Assembly: GCA_965644315.1 (NCBI GenBank) | Contig: CBFFRQ010000032.1 | Coordinates: 1-64,000, forward strand | From: Caecitellus pseudoparvulus | Taxonomy: Eukaryota; Protista; Bigyra: Bicosoecida | Length of the DNA stretch: 64,000 nucleotides | Reading direction: 5' to 3' | Part shown: in pieces, positions 21,987 to 34,192 of the stretch | Position numbering within the stretch: the first letter of the stretch is position 1 | Layout of the letters: every line of letters begins with the position of its first letter | The notes under the pieces: model-generated | Seen by the model: only the letters and a program-made list of their open reading frames with translations | Told to the model about the DNA's origin: nothing | The model's database searches: none | Program-made: the position numbers and the translations under genes

Positions 21987-22892
21987 GCCCAGCAGTGAGC
22001 AAGTACTTCGGGTCGTAGTCGCCGGTGGCTGGGTCCAGGAGGGGCCAGTGCGCTGTGAAGTTGTTCAGGCGCCCTGGCAGCAGCTTTGCAGTGATGTGCT
22101 TGGCCGACTTCAGCCACTCCGTTGTGGCGCCTAACGGCTCGGCATCAAGGTGGGTCAGTCGCCACGGCACGATGGACTTCGATGCAGTCTGCACGAAAAG
22201 GGCTGGCTCTTCCCCAGTGGAATACCGCTTCGTGCTTTGGACGAGCGTTCGAGCATCCATGAAGCACCTGCCGTCCTTTCCTGTCATCGAAATGTCCAGC
22301 TTCTCCAGCCTGACGGGAACGGGCTCGTACCCTTCGCCAGGCGGCACGCTCATCTCACCCGAAAATCCTGGCAGGTCGCTTTCGCCTGAGTCCGCAACAT
22401 CCGCGGCCGAACCCTGCACTTCCACAGGGGCGAAGTCGCCCTCCACACGGTCGTTGGAGATGTCCCACACACAGACACCGACCTTCTCAATGTCCACCAA
22501 AGCCACTGACCGCGCCTCGTACGTCTCTCGTTCAGCACGGCACAGAGACTTGACTGCTTCGCCCTCTGTCTGCACGCCATGGCCCAGCTCTTGGATGTAC
22601 TGCAAGCCGGCATACACCTGCCGCACACACACAGAGCCTCGGGAGTCGCCTGTCACGAGACGCAAGCAGGCATACCCTCATCTGAAGACGAGTTCCGGAT
22701 GAAGGCGGCGGCGATGATGCCTCCCAGGGTGGCCACAGACGATATCGGGTGTGGCACAACAAGGTGTGGCACGATGCTGCCACCGCAGCGCTCATCGACT
22801 GCCCTTGATGTTGCAATGCCGTGAATGTCGAACAAAGCCGTGTTGAAGTCAATGGCTTGACATAAAGCCCGCAGGCGCTCAGGCGCCTCCAC
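21987..22892 (-). pseudogene. Hypothetical gene, 3'-truncated at the retroelement array junction
   Basis: Frame 22665->21628 reads as plausible protein to ...YDPKYLLTAG and runs without a stop into element C. Upstream ORF 22653-22892 may be a prior exon, with GT/AG sites near 22675 and 22618, but phase is uncertain. Confidence 0.5.
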
Positions 22893-24079
22893 TTCCTACA
22901 CAGGCACATTCATGAAATCCCAACGCCAACACCTCTCCCACAGCGCCCTCACATTCACGGCGGTATGCAAGGCGGAGGAAGCAGCTTATACCAGCATGCA
23001 TCCTGTCATGAGCATGCAGCGGTAAATCCATCGCTCTACCATATCCCCCTTGCATACCAAGCCAACACCACTGCCCTTGCGAGCCACCTCCACCGACAGG
23101 GGCGAACTTCCCACCCGCTGCAGCGGGACCAGGAAGAGCCCCAGCCTTCATGCCTCGCAACAGACAGTATCTCTCAAGTATTTATGTGTCAAGCATGGCA
23201 GGCGTCCCAACCTCGCGCCACCCTCACTTGAATCGCCACCGCGAAGAATGACTAACACAACCGATTTCCGCAGCGCCGTTTGCCGCACTGCGCAGCCCCC
23301 TGGCTGCCTATCGCTGAGTGGTGGCTAGCAAGTAAACCTTGACACAATGAAGATTGAAGGAAGGCTTGATTCTGGCCACCCTTCCATCCTATTCCTGCGC
23401 TTCAACCACTGCCAAGCCGCTGAAGCCCTTTCGCTGGTTCATCACAACTGCAGCGTCAGCTGTAGAAATGCACTGCCCACAAATACATGGTTGATCAAGA
23501 GCAAAGATAGCTATTAAAGGCAATCAACGCCCCAGAATATTTGACCAACTCCTGACATGTTGCCTGGTAAAGTGTTTTGGCGGCTCAGCCTCTGTCCTGA
23601 GCGAGGTGGACTGGAAGAGAGGAGCAAGTTCGAGGTGGGACAGAAGTGAGGAATGCGTCTGGTTTCCATTTTTCTGGATATTCCACTCATTTCGAACGAA
23701 GAGGCTTGGCGTACTAATTGCTGGATGATCTGAGTTGCATTCTTCCGTGCGAGACCACTGTAGCGAAGTGACTTGCCTGGTCGGGAGCTTAGGAAACTTC
23801 GAGCAGAGTGTCTTCCACAAATGATCTGATGTGGTGCTTTCTGTTCTTGTGCCGGGGCTCATGGCGAAGGCCTGATTCCACGTTCCGCCAAGTACGATGG
23901 TCTGCCAACCGTGAATAGGTTCGCGGCTCGTCAAGTTGCGGCTGCCCACGAACCATCATGCGCGTACGTCAACCGTTGACCTTGTTTCACTCAGCGACAT
24001 TTCTCCCAGCACCATTGTGTTAGTGAACACGTTTTTGTCTCAGTCTAGTCTCTGACACAACCAAGCGATGGGCATTGTC

Positions 24080-27000
24080 TTACTCAGCAGACGAGTACAG
24101 GAAAGGGGAAGACAGCTCCTCAATCATAGGCACGCTTTTTGACGGTCTTAACATGGAAGGGGGCAGGTAGTTCTGTCCGAAGACACCAAAGAAGCCTGGA
24201 ATGTCAGCTTGGTCTAGTGTGTGACTGTCCTTGTCTTGTGCCTTGGGTGTGCAATACACGAAGAAGAGGTCAACGTGTTCCGTACCAGTGATACGTTTCG
24301 TGAGGGGAATCGGAGACTTGTCAATGATGCCATCTTTCTGCGCGTCTGCTTCGGCAACCTGCTCTGCTTCAACGACCATGTCATCAGAATGCTCGGTATC
24401 AGAATCTGCACTCAAGGGGTCCACAGACATGCCTGCATGGCTCTCATCCTCAGCTTCCCGAGTCCCAGACGCACCTTCTGTCACATCATCCTCATCGGCC
24501 CCAACACTGGCAACCTCCGCGCTCGGATCCACCTTTCGTGGTGCAGGCACTCTGGGCTCATCAGGGAGTACGCTCAGTCGCTTCGAAATCATCTCCTCGA
24601 GTTCTTTCCGAGGGGCCTCTTCGAGCAAAGCCGGTGACATGACGAGCTTGGAAAACTTGCCATCGCTGCACTCGACTTTGGCATTGAGGTCAATGGGGAT
24701 GCCAAAACTCCACAAAATCGAATTCGCCATGCTCGTTTTCTTCTCGGCTGGTTCTTTCTCGGAGTACCTGAACTTCACTTCAAAACCCTTGAGTTCAGTG
24801 AAGTACTTCATATTGAAAGCAAGGCTGGCGATGTCTTTCAAAGTTGGTGGGATCTCCACTTCTTCACTGTCCTCGGGGCTTGTACCGGCAAAGTTCAGGC
24901 TGGACGGCGTCTTATTCGCGCCGTGGACCTTAAGAGACGATATTGTGGTTTCGATGAAGGCCACCTGGAGGTTGGCCTTGCCGCCCTCCTCTGCGAGAGG
25001 GCGCCTAAATACAACGAAGTCCACTGTCGGGAAAGAGTGAGGCGTGCGCACAACGTGCACTTTTCCAGGAGCAAGGGTTTGTACTTCCCGCACATCGGCG
25101 AGGGACAGGCCCGCGCCGGTTGCGTCAGAAAGAACCTTTGCCTCTGGGAGTCGTGCAGCATCTCTCATGAAAGAGTGCCTCAGAAGCATCTTGAACGGTT
25201 TCTCACTTGGCATTCCTGAAAGAGGTGTGTACTTGGACCCAAACAAGCCCATTTCAAGCAATGTTGTCACGGTGTCCTCAAACTGTTCGCCAGTGCCGAT
25301 GTGACCAGCTTGAGACAGTAGCCTTTTCCAGGCATTCTTCCTCTTCGGGTCGGTGCCCTTTATGGCATGGGTGTGGCATTTGAAGAGCGCTTGCATGTAC
25401 GCATGCCGTGCAATGTGTGACGAAAACTTGGAATTGGTACTCAAGCTGAGTTCGTCTGGGTTGGTTCTGGAGAGAATGGAGAGTGCGGCCAAGGAATGGT
25501 CCAAGAAGATGGATGTGCCATCTGCTTGCTTGGCAATCTCGTCGCTTGTTGCTTCACCCAGGCGCTTCTCACACTTTGACTCTAGAAGACGTAGAGTGTG
25601 CAACCACCCTTTCCCCAATACTTTCCTAAACCACGCCACGTTCTTCTTCGAGGGTGTGGCTTCCTCAGACATATTGACCACCACACGCAAATCCCGAGGA
25701 ACAACTCCCAAGGACACTATCACGTTCCACAATTCTTCTCTCAGCTCGTCGTCGCTCAGCAACTGCACCACTGCGTGAGGAAGCTGAAGAGATACGTCTT
25801 CACCACGCCCCACACCCTCCACTTCACCCTCATCTTTCTTGCCACGTATGTTCAAGGGGTCGTCAGAGGCTTGCGGCCCCATCATCAGTTGGAAAGCGAG
25901 CCTCGCACTGTAGCGTTCCAGCTCGTAGAAGGGGTGAGACAAGTCCTTCGATGACTGAATGTCGAATGTCTCTTGCACCCCCTTCAGTTCGTTCTTCTTC
26001 AACTGGGAAGCGTGAAAGTCAGGGGAGAAGGCAAAAATTTTGCCTGAGGTTTTTTTCCAGCTAAACAGGCTCCTCAATTGCTCCCACCACTCAGCAGGCT
26101 CCTTCAAGATCTTCTTGTCTGTAAACATTTTCTGGAGGCGGTTTGCTTCGTCGATAATCAGGGCGCCGAACGGGCCTTTTACACCTTTCTTTTCCTTCGT
26201 GACCCCTTGATTGAAGAGTGTTTCGGAAGACAAGAACATGCTCTTCAGGGCTTCATGCGCATCAGACCCGTACATGTCAATTGCAGCCATGTCACGGAAG
26301 AGTTTGGGGGTGCAAATACTGTCTCCGCATGACATGGAGAGACCACCTTGCATGAGTTGGTTGGGGAGTTCACTGAAACGAGTGGATCCGGGAGCAAACA
26401 CTTCAGACCCTGGCAGATACATGACATTGCCCCCAGCTCCGACGCTGAAGACCAATGCGAGGGTCCTGAGAGTTGCTGACTTCCCAGTCCCGTGCACTGC
26501 GGTGGTCATCACACCAAGCCTGCTCGATTCTCTCGCACGGATTGTTTTCTTGAACAGCTTTGACCGCCCACGAGTGAGCACGAATGTGGTCATTTGCAAC
26601 TTGTGCGTTGGCCATTTTGATTTTTCCACATCATGGAACCCGTGCACTGCAGGCCGCAAACCATGTAGGGTCAGATCGTTCACTGGCTTCTGAATCAACC
26701 CAGTCTTATCATCGGTGAAGAGAAACGGCTGATCCTCCCAAATCGGCAACCGAAGCACCACACCCTCCAAAATATTCTCCACGAAAATGGGATGGCAGCC
26801 GGTGGACCACTTGATGCCTTCTTCATCATTCAGCTTGTCCGCTGCCCATCCTTCCTCCAGAGCGCGCAAAACGCCCCAACTAGATCCGTCCCCTTTGTTG
26901 ACAGCGTCCCCTGCATCAAGAAGCCAGCCAAAGTTCGCATCTAGGATGCTACTGTGGGTTTCGCCCGAGTTGAGTACGGTCTTCATGAAATCTTGATCAG

Positions 27001-28287
27001 TGACGCCCACGCTCTCAAGTTGCGCCTTGGCTGCAGCCTCCTCTCTCCTTGCCCTCAGCAGCATTGAGCGAAAAGGGACACCGAAGTTTACCACATCTCC
27101 TTCTCGAGTCCTTTCGTTGAACCAAGCCGAACGAATTGCCTTTTCGAGCTTCTTCTCAAGGTTCCTCGCCAAAGAGTGTGGAAAATCTTCCGGAATCACT
27201 CTTGAACTCAGGCCTGCGGCATCTTCTTGTGCCAGAGCAGCGACAGACAAGTCGCTGAGCTGGCCGATCACACTGAGCCCGTGTTCCGGATTTGACGTTA
27301 CCAAACAAACTCGAATGGTGTCTACAACTCCACAGCCTTTGAGAATGCCCCACAATTCAGGACCGGCATTGACCTGTGCAAAGGTACAGGAGACGCCAAA
27401 GTACAACGACTTCAGCTAAGGGGTGTATCAAGCACGCAACTCACTTCGCACGCTTTTAAAGCACTCTTTGTTTCTGCAATTTTAGTCAGCTTCTCCCGCA
27501 CTTTCGCTTCCAGCGCCTCTTGCGTCTTCACTCGCTCAGCTTCCTCGGCTAGTCTGCGTCGCCTAAGTTCACCTTCAAGTGCTTTGTCTGCCTCGATTAG
27601 CTCCGTGAAATGCTCCTTTGCTTCGGCCAGAAACTGTGGCAGATCTTCGGCCCAAACCTTTGAGCTGGAAACCGCCAACTTGGCAACGAAACCTTCGAGG
27701 TGTTGGTCATCCTGATACAACTTCAGAGAAGCATTGATCGGAACAGAAAGCAAAGAGGAGAGAAGTTCAGCTTGCACGTCTATGGCATTCGCCTCCACCC
27801 GAAGACCGAGGTCGACTTGAGCAATGAAGCCGCTTGAGACGAATGCTCTCAACAGATTCGCATCAGGGGGATCCTGAGAAGGCGAATCCAAGTGCAGGGT
27901 GAAGCGCCTCGCACAGGCGCACCTCAAGGGCAAGCTACGTACCTCCAGCTTCTCGAGGGCAGCAAGAGCCAACTTGGCAACCCGTCCTTGTGGGTTCAGA
28001 CCATCAAAAGCCTTCAGCAGCTTCTTTTGATGGCTCTCCTCCATCACAGTCCACCATTTTGTGTTCGGAAGCACTTCACTGGCCTTTCGAGGCTCCGCCG
28101 CCGCAGCACCAGCTACAGACGAAGCATGGCGCAGCAGGCTGGGTGCCTGGGGCGGCTTGGGTGCGCGCGGAGGAGGCCAGAGTACTGAAGCAGCAGCAAA
28201 TTCCGCCCCAACACCGCGCAACGCCAACACAGGCCGCACTGACGCCCCCACAGCACGAAACAAGGTCGATGCAGCCTTCGAGCTCAT
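24080..28287 (-). CDS. Crinkler/RHS-like P-loop NTPase plus putative PD-(D/E)XK nuclease protein (~1355 aa, two introns)
   Basis: Walker A-like AVHGTGKS, Walker B ALIIDEAN, C-terminal PHSFPTVDFVVF...VAFIETTIS. Phase-0 GT-AG introns at 27942-27874 and 27444-27374 join ORFs 27412-28287 and 24080-27406. Confidence 0.7.
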
Positions 28288-28968
28288 AGCGCCTTGCTTA
28301 GGAGTGCAGTTGCTGCAGGTGCGCGCTGACTACTCAAGGCTGCGCTGGTGCGGAAATGTGCGCAAGTCTGCACAACGCAGAGCTGCACGAAGCTCCGAGG
28401 TGAGGCAAGCTTGAACACAAACTGTCGGATGAACACCACACACTCCACACCAGGGCGTGTTCATAGGGCTGTGATGTTTTTGTCTTCTGCGTACCGTCGT
28501 GCAGCTTCGGCGAAGCACACGAAAGCTGTTTTTAGAGATACGCGAATGATGCAAAAATATGTCACACGCTGCTGAAACGGGAGTGTCACACACAAAATGA
28601 AGACAGGAGCTCGCAGTGCCTGGACTTGCAGACAAATCTGACAATACACTCAATGAAGTTCTAGAAATCACTGTCCTGTGGCCCGCTCCTGCCACCTACC
28701 GTACAGAGCGAAAGTCGGATCGCATCTCACCGCCCGTCAGAGCGACCCAGTGGCAAACAGCACTGAGGCCATCCACGAATCCATCAATATGATGTGCAAA
28801 GTCTTTCAAGTGTGACCTTCAACAGTCACTACAATGTGCAGCTAGCCTTCGTGCCACGCGCTGTGGGCTTCCCGCAAGCAAGGTGTACCTCGGCGCGCCC
28901 AGATTCCCAGGCAAGCTGTGTGAATTCAGCACGATCACCAGACCACAACTCAACAGAATCTGCCTCCT

Positions 28969-31818
28969 TCATGAAACAGTTGTTGGAGACATCCGAGTTT
29001 TCTGGGCGCATGCAGCGCTTGCGATGCCTGACTGGGCGTCCCAAGGCGCGTCAGCTGTGAAGGTGGGGCCTGTGGCCTGCGTGAACGCCGCAGCGACCAG
29101 AGACCCCTCGTTCAGCTGGGTGCCTTGGGCTGGCACGAATGCCAGCTGCCCTTCCACGGCAGAGGGTGCTCCTCCAAGGACAGACGCGGCAAGAGAGTGC
29201 AGCACACGGGCCAGAGCCCGCTGGTTGTGCACTGTGCCCTGCCAAACGCCATCTGCATCCAGGGTGCTGCTCGCCGCCAGCGCCATGGACAGCGGCTGCT
29301 GCACTGGCGCACTCCAAGCTGCATCCACAGTCACACCCACGTTGGAGGCGACATTCGTCCAGCCGTCACTGGACTGCACGTGGAGGTTGGGAAACACCTG
29401 TGAGCCACTGGCGAGGTGCAGGCCAGCCACCAGCAGCTCGCCTTGCAGGGCCTGCAGCTGGTCCAGCGGAACTGGCCGTGTGCCTCGCAAGTCTCGCAAG
29501 CCTGGCTGGGAGCCAAGGGAGGTCTGCACAGAGTGCACAGGAGCCTGAGAAGCCACAGACCACTGCACAGCCACGGCAGTTGTGTTCTGCTGGAAGCAGC
29601 ACAGCTCACCTGCACTGTCTCCGGCAGTCAGCGGCACAGGTGCAATGGAGCCTGAGAAGGCGGCCTCTTGCCCGATGAAAATGCTCCCACTGCTCGTGCT
29701 GGCAACGTTCCCAGCGCTGTCCGTCGCCCTCACCGACAGGATCAACGTTTCCTGCCCGCCGCCCAGGGGCAAGAACAGAGTTGTGGCGGAGATGGTGGCG
29801 TTCGTGTCCAGCACAGCTGCAGGCGGGAGCAGCGACACCTCTTGTGCTGTGCCCAGGGCAGTCCACGGCAGCACTGCAGCTCCAGACGAAGCATTCACAA
29901 CAGACACCTCGTACGTCAGGGAGCCTGCAGTCGCCACAGAGTCGTGCCACCGCCAACAGGCGTGCACTGGTGTTCCGACTGGCAGGAATATGTTCTCAGC
30001 AGGCGGAGTGGACCCTACATGCCCCCTGCAGGCAGCAGACCCTGACAGCCAAGTGGGCACAGGTGCTGCCGTGTCCACCACGATGTCGTCTGTGAAGGCG
30101 TACGTCTGCAGGCCAGCGGCGCTGGTCAACACGACCGTTCCGTACAGCACGTCGCCCTGGCTCGGAGCAGAGCCGGGCACAGCAGAACACGTGCCTGAGG
30201 CCAAGCCAGGCAGCGCATGCACGACTGCCTGGGACGCTGGCACGACGTCCTCCGCACCAGGGCTGGTGCCCCACATGCATTGCACGTGCTCCAGGCCAGA
30301 TTCGGCATCCGCTGCGCCCTCCCATGCCAGCGCCAGGAAGTCTGCAGATGCCGTGGCTGCCGCGTCAAAATATGCAGCCAGCTCATCGCTATCCAGGGGC
30401 GCCCGCAGCGAATCCCACACCTGCAACAGGGTGGGTCCATTGGCGTCCACGGCAGCCGTGCGAGCGGTGCTGGTGGTGTACTCGCCAGCGCCATTTGCGA
30501 CAGTAAGGGATAAGTAGGCTCGCTGCCCGTGCACAATGTTGGAGGCCAGGAATGTGTTCAGGGAGTCCAGAGGCACAGCGGCAGGGGGAGCGAGCTGTGT
30601 GCCGCCTTGGGAAGTGCCAGCTGAAACGACCACCACAGCCAGGCCGCTCTCGGCATCTGCAGCGGCATCAAACGTCAGTGCAAAGGCGCCTGCTGCGCCA
30701 GACATGGAGGGCGCGCAAGGAGTGCACTCAGTGATTGAGGCGCCGTGAGTGGCCTTGTACGTGCCCAGGGGGCATGGGGCACAGGCACCACTGGCCGCCT
30801 CTCGGTAGGTGCCTGGGGCACACTGCAGGGTTGGGGCATCTGAAGACACTGGCGGGCTGGGGACGATAATCCCAGTGGCACCCGAGCTGCAGGCGTCACA
30901 GAGGGCGGGGTCGTTGCCCAGCACTTGCTTGCAGGCGGGCACGGCGCAGGGTTGGCAAGACTTGCTCGTCGCGTTCAGCACGAAGCCCGGCTCACGCTGG
31001 CACACTCCTCCACCGTGCGTGAAGTCGGGCACAAATGCAGCATTGTGGTCGGCACAGACACACGTGCTGCGCCCCGCAGGATCCCCGATCCCGAACGCCG
31101 TCAGCAGCAGGGTCTGTGCACTCGTGCCAGCCAGGGAAAGCAGCGTCTCGTCACATGCAAAGCCATCCGAGGAGGCGATGCTGGCGTGCCCCGCCATGTT
31201 CGTGGCGCGCACATTGGTGAATACGGTGCTACCAGGTGTCAACGCCAGACCTGTCGCTGCCCACGCCGTGCGCAGTGCCACGACTGTCCAGGGCATGACG
31301 TCATCCAGCCCTGCCGCGCTGCCCAGCGCAACCTCGTACGCTGCGATGCCAGAGGGGTCCACGAAAAAGTCCCAGTTCGCAGCCACCTGACTGCAGTCAG
31401 CAAAAGAGTCCACGTCGCCGCCCATTCGAGCGCCATCGCGCACGATACCGGCAGTGGGCCCACTTGTGACCAAGGGTACAGGGCGCCCCACTGCTCGGCG
31501 TGCCGGGGCTGCAGCGTTGGTCGCCTTGACGCTGCAGGCCAAGAAACGGCCTTCGGGGAGGGGGCTCGGCACCCCATCGCTCCCGGGGTTGAAGGTGGCT
31601 TGGCCCTCACCTGGTCCCAGGGACAGCACATTGGACAGCGGCACGATGGAGCCGGTCCCGCCCGCCGTCACCTCCACCAGCTCCACTTCAATGCTCACCA
31701 CTGGTGCCTGGGCGTCTTGCACGCCTGCCCATCCACACGTGACCTGCGTCGCATCGCTCAGTAGGGACAGCTTGCTGCCAGTGGCGTCCAGGAAGTGCAC
31801 ACTGTCAATGCCTACCAA
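28969..31818 (-). CDS. Fragment of a large extracellular protein with repeated FN3/Ig-like modules and a Cys-rich (TNFR/EGF-like) segment
   Basis: Recurrent W..x.D.xSG(I/L)..Y...xG(T/S)..G..D modules, and C..C..GTY..C..C motifs. No clear start or signal peptide, so gene ends are uncertain. Confidence 0.65.
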   Translation of the reverse strand: MVGIDSVHFLDATGSKLSLLSDATQVTCGWAGVQDAQAPVVSIEVELVEVTAGGTGSIVPLSNVLSLGPGEGQATFNPGSDGVPSPLPEGRFLACSVKATNAAAPARRAVGRPVPLVTSGPTAGIVRDGARMGGDVDSFADCSQVAANWDFFVDPSGIAAYEVALGSAAGLDDVMPWTVVALRTAWAATGLALTPGSTVFTNVRATNMAGHASIASSDGFACDETLLSLAGTSAQTLLLTAFGIGDPAGRSTCVCADHNAAFVPDFTHGGGVCQREPGFVLNATSKSCQPCAVPACKQVLGNDPALCDACSSGATGIIVPSPPVSSDAPTLQCAPGTYREAASGACAPCPLGTYKATHGASITECTPCAPSMSGAAGAFALTFDAAADAESGLAVVVVSAGTSQGGTQLAPPAAVPLDSLNTFLASNIVHGQRAYLSLTVANGAGEYTTSTARTAAVDANGPTLLQVWDSLRAPLDSDELAAYFDAAATASADFLALAWEGAADAESGLEHVQCMWGTSPGAEDVVPASQAVVHALPGLASGTCSAVPGSAPSQGDVLYGTVVLTSAAGLQTYAFTDDIVVDTAAPVPTWLSGSAACRGHVGSTPPAENIFLPVGTPVHACWRWHDSVATAGSLTYEVSVVNASSGAAVLPWTALGTAQEVSLLPPAAVLDTNATISATTLFLPLGGGQETLILSVRATDSAGNVASTSSGSIFIGQEAAFSGSIAPVPLTAGDSAGELCCFQQNTTAVAVQWSVASQAPVHSVQTSLGSQPGLRDLRGTRPVPLDQLQALQGELLVAGLHLASGSQVFPNLHVQSSDGWTNVASNVGVTVDAAWSAPVQQPLSMALAASSTLDADGVWQGTVHNQRALARVLHSLAASVLGGAPSAVEGQLAFVPAQGTQLNEGSLVAAAFTQATGPTFTADAPWDAQSGIASAACAQKTRMSPTTVS

Positions 31819-32858
31819 GCCCTGCCCACAACGCGCTTCCTGACTCGGCCTACGGCTTGGGCAAGTGTATGATGAGCCTCAGAGCATGCACCGAGAGAGG
31901 ATTGCTATCTGAACAGCGTTTTTTTCCTGGAGTCAACCTTGTGCTCGAAGGGGCGCATGAGGTCTCGCTAGAAGGCTTCCTGCACCTTGACCATGCCTTC
32001 ACGGCGATGCTTGATGAAGAACCCCCACAGGCGAATAGTACACATGATGTGCGCAGTGAGACGTGTCAAAGGGTGAGTCTTGTAATCAACAACATTGGGT
32101 GCAGGTTGCACGTGGCAGAATACGCTGGCAGGGGCGAAGTCGGCGTCATACCGGTTGTACAATAGCTTGGACAGCCACTGTGGGGCTGGAGGGAGCTCGA
32201 TGAACAAGAATTCACCAAAGCATATTCCTTTGAGACGTGAAGAGTGCACCATAGCTGCGATATTCCTGGCAGTGGTGTTTGGGTGGATCGTTCCCCTGGC
32301 GTTCCCAAGCCTTGAAAGTGGCGTTCCTTTGGCGTGGCGTGCCAACTCGGTGCTGGAGACTTTGTCAGCACTGGCTTGGGTCACAGAAAAAGCCTGCCCA
32401 TGCGTCCTTCTGGCATATCCCTTCGCCGCACGTCCCCGCCGGCGTGGCCCTGCCACGGCTTCATACACCAGGCCAAGCTGGACACTCTCCGCCTTTGCAC
32501 AACTCTAACCGAATCTTGCCACGGGCGACGGAAATTCAACCTGGAAATCAGCATGCAATGAAATTCTTCAGGTCGCTATTTCTGTGAGCCTGTCGTTCCC
32601 TGCACTGTGTCAGGAGGTGGTGCGTGTCGCGCTGGCGTGTCGCTTGCCGTTGCGATTTCCGCACCAGGCGCCCTGCCGCATTCTGCGCACAATACCGACA
32701 CGGCCGCTACATCTGCACGTCCACAGGCTTGGCAGCATCATTGTTAGAAGAATTCCCCTGTGGCACATCTGCTGCACTTCTACTCACAATCACAGTGCTT
32801 CACTTGCACGAGCTTGTCTCAGGCATTGGCTCGAACTTCAACGTCGGCCACTGGTATC

Positions 32859-33923
32859 ATGGCGTCACTCACCATGGCAGCATTTGACGGCCCAGCAGAT
32901 CTAAAGGCCCAGTGGATAGCCGCTTGTGAAGAGAAGGATGCAGATCAGCTGTGGCACATCTTGCAGCGAGCAAGCGCTCAGAGCGCCACTTTGGCTGAGG
33001 CCCTGGCAAGTTCTGAAACAACTACTGGATTTGAAGTTGCATGCCAGAAAGGACATTTGACATTGATGCGTGAGCTGCTGCGCCTTACAGGTCGCCTGGC
33101 GGTGGATGTGCACGCAGAAGATGAGGATGGACCTGAGGCCGCCTTCCGAGAGGCATGCGCCAATGGCCACGCAGACATTGTGCGTGAGCTGCTGGCCCTG
33201 ACTGGGGCGCGAGAGGTGGATGTACACGCGAGAGGTTGGGACGGACCTGAGGCTGCGTTCCGAGAGGCATGCGGCAATGGCCACCAGGACATCATGCGAG
33301 AGCTGCTAGCTCTCACTGGGGCGCGGGAAGTCGATGTACATGCAGAAGATGATCATGGACCCGAGGCTGCCTTCCGACAGGCATGCACCAACAGCCACGC
33401 AAACATTGTGCGTGACCTGCTGGCCCTGACTGGGGCGCGAGAGGTGGATGTGCACGCGGCTGATGAGAGTGGACCTGAAGTTGCCTTCCGAGCCGCATGC
33501 ACCAATGGCGACGCAGACATCGTGCGTGAGCTGCTGGCACTCACTGGGGTGCGGGCAGTGGATGTGCACGCGAGGGATTGGCAAGGACCTGAGGCTGCCT
33601 TCCGGTGGGCATGCTACTTTGGCCAAGCTGACATTGTGCGTGAGCTGCTGGCACTCACTGGGGCGCGGTTAGTGGATGTGCATGCGGCGGATGATGAAAG
33701 CCCAGATGCAGCCTTCCGAGTGGCATGCTGCAATGGAAGCACTGACGTCGTGCGCGAGCTTCTAGGCCTCACTGGTGACAGGGACATCCCGCTGCACACC
33801 TGGCGCCACAAAGGTATGTCAATCGTGCAAACTGGACGTGATGCAGTGTGGGCTGGGACCAGCACTCGGCATGGGCGGCGTGCGACGCTCTTGCTAAGGT
33901 CTCGTGGTGCGGGGCATGCGTGA
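32859..33923 (+). CDS. Ankyrin-like repeat protein (38-aa repeats)
   Basis: About seven repeats of VDVHA....GPEAAFR.AC.NGH.DIVRELLALTG. Confidence 0.85.
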   Translation: MASLTMAAFDGPADLKAQWIAACEEKDADQLWHILQRASAQSATLAEALASSETTTGFEVACQKGHLTLMRELLRLTGRLAVDVHAEDEDGPEAAFREACANGHADIVRELLALTGAREVDVHARGWDGPEAAFREACGNGHQDIMRELLALTGAREVDVHAEDDHGPEAAFRQACTNSHANIVRDLLALTGAREVDVHAADESGPEVAFRAACTNGDADIVRELLALTGVRAVDVHARDWQGPEAAFRWACYFGQADIVRELLALTGARLVDVHAADDESPDAAFRVACCNGSTDVVRELLGLTGDRDIPLHTWRHKGMSIVQTGRDAVWAGTSTRHGRRATLLLRSRGAGHA

Positions 33924-34192
33924 GCAGTTTGACCCAATGCAGCTCAGTGGAAGCCACGAAGCCAATTTAGTCTGACGAGCTCTGCATCAAGCCCCTCACA
34001 CGCCAACAACCCAACCTAGAAACTCCTCCACAACTCATCAACTCTCATTTGAAGGGAACAGACAAACCAAGGCAGCACCTCACTTCTTCAGCTCAATGCA
34101 AAGAACAATACATGACTTGCAAACGTGGTGCGTCAAAGCGAAAAATTGTTGATGCACGAACACTCATTCATTCAAAATCTGTGACGTTACAT

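Noticed and set aside
23300-24070. ORF 23524-23949 as a gene
   Set aside because: Short, with no recognisable motifs and no supporting splice pattern.
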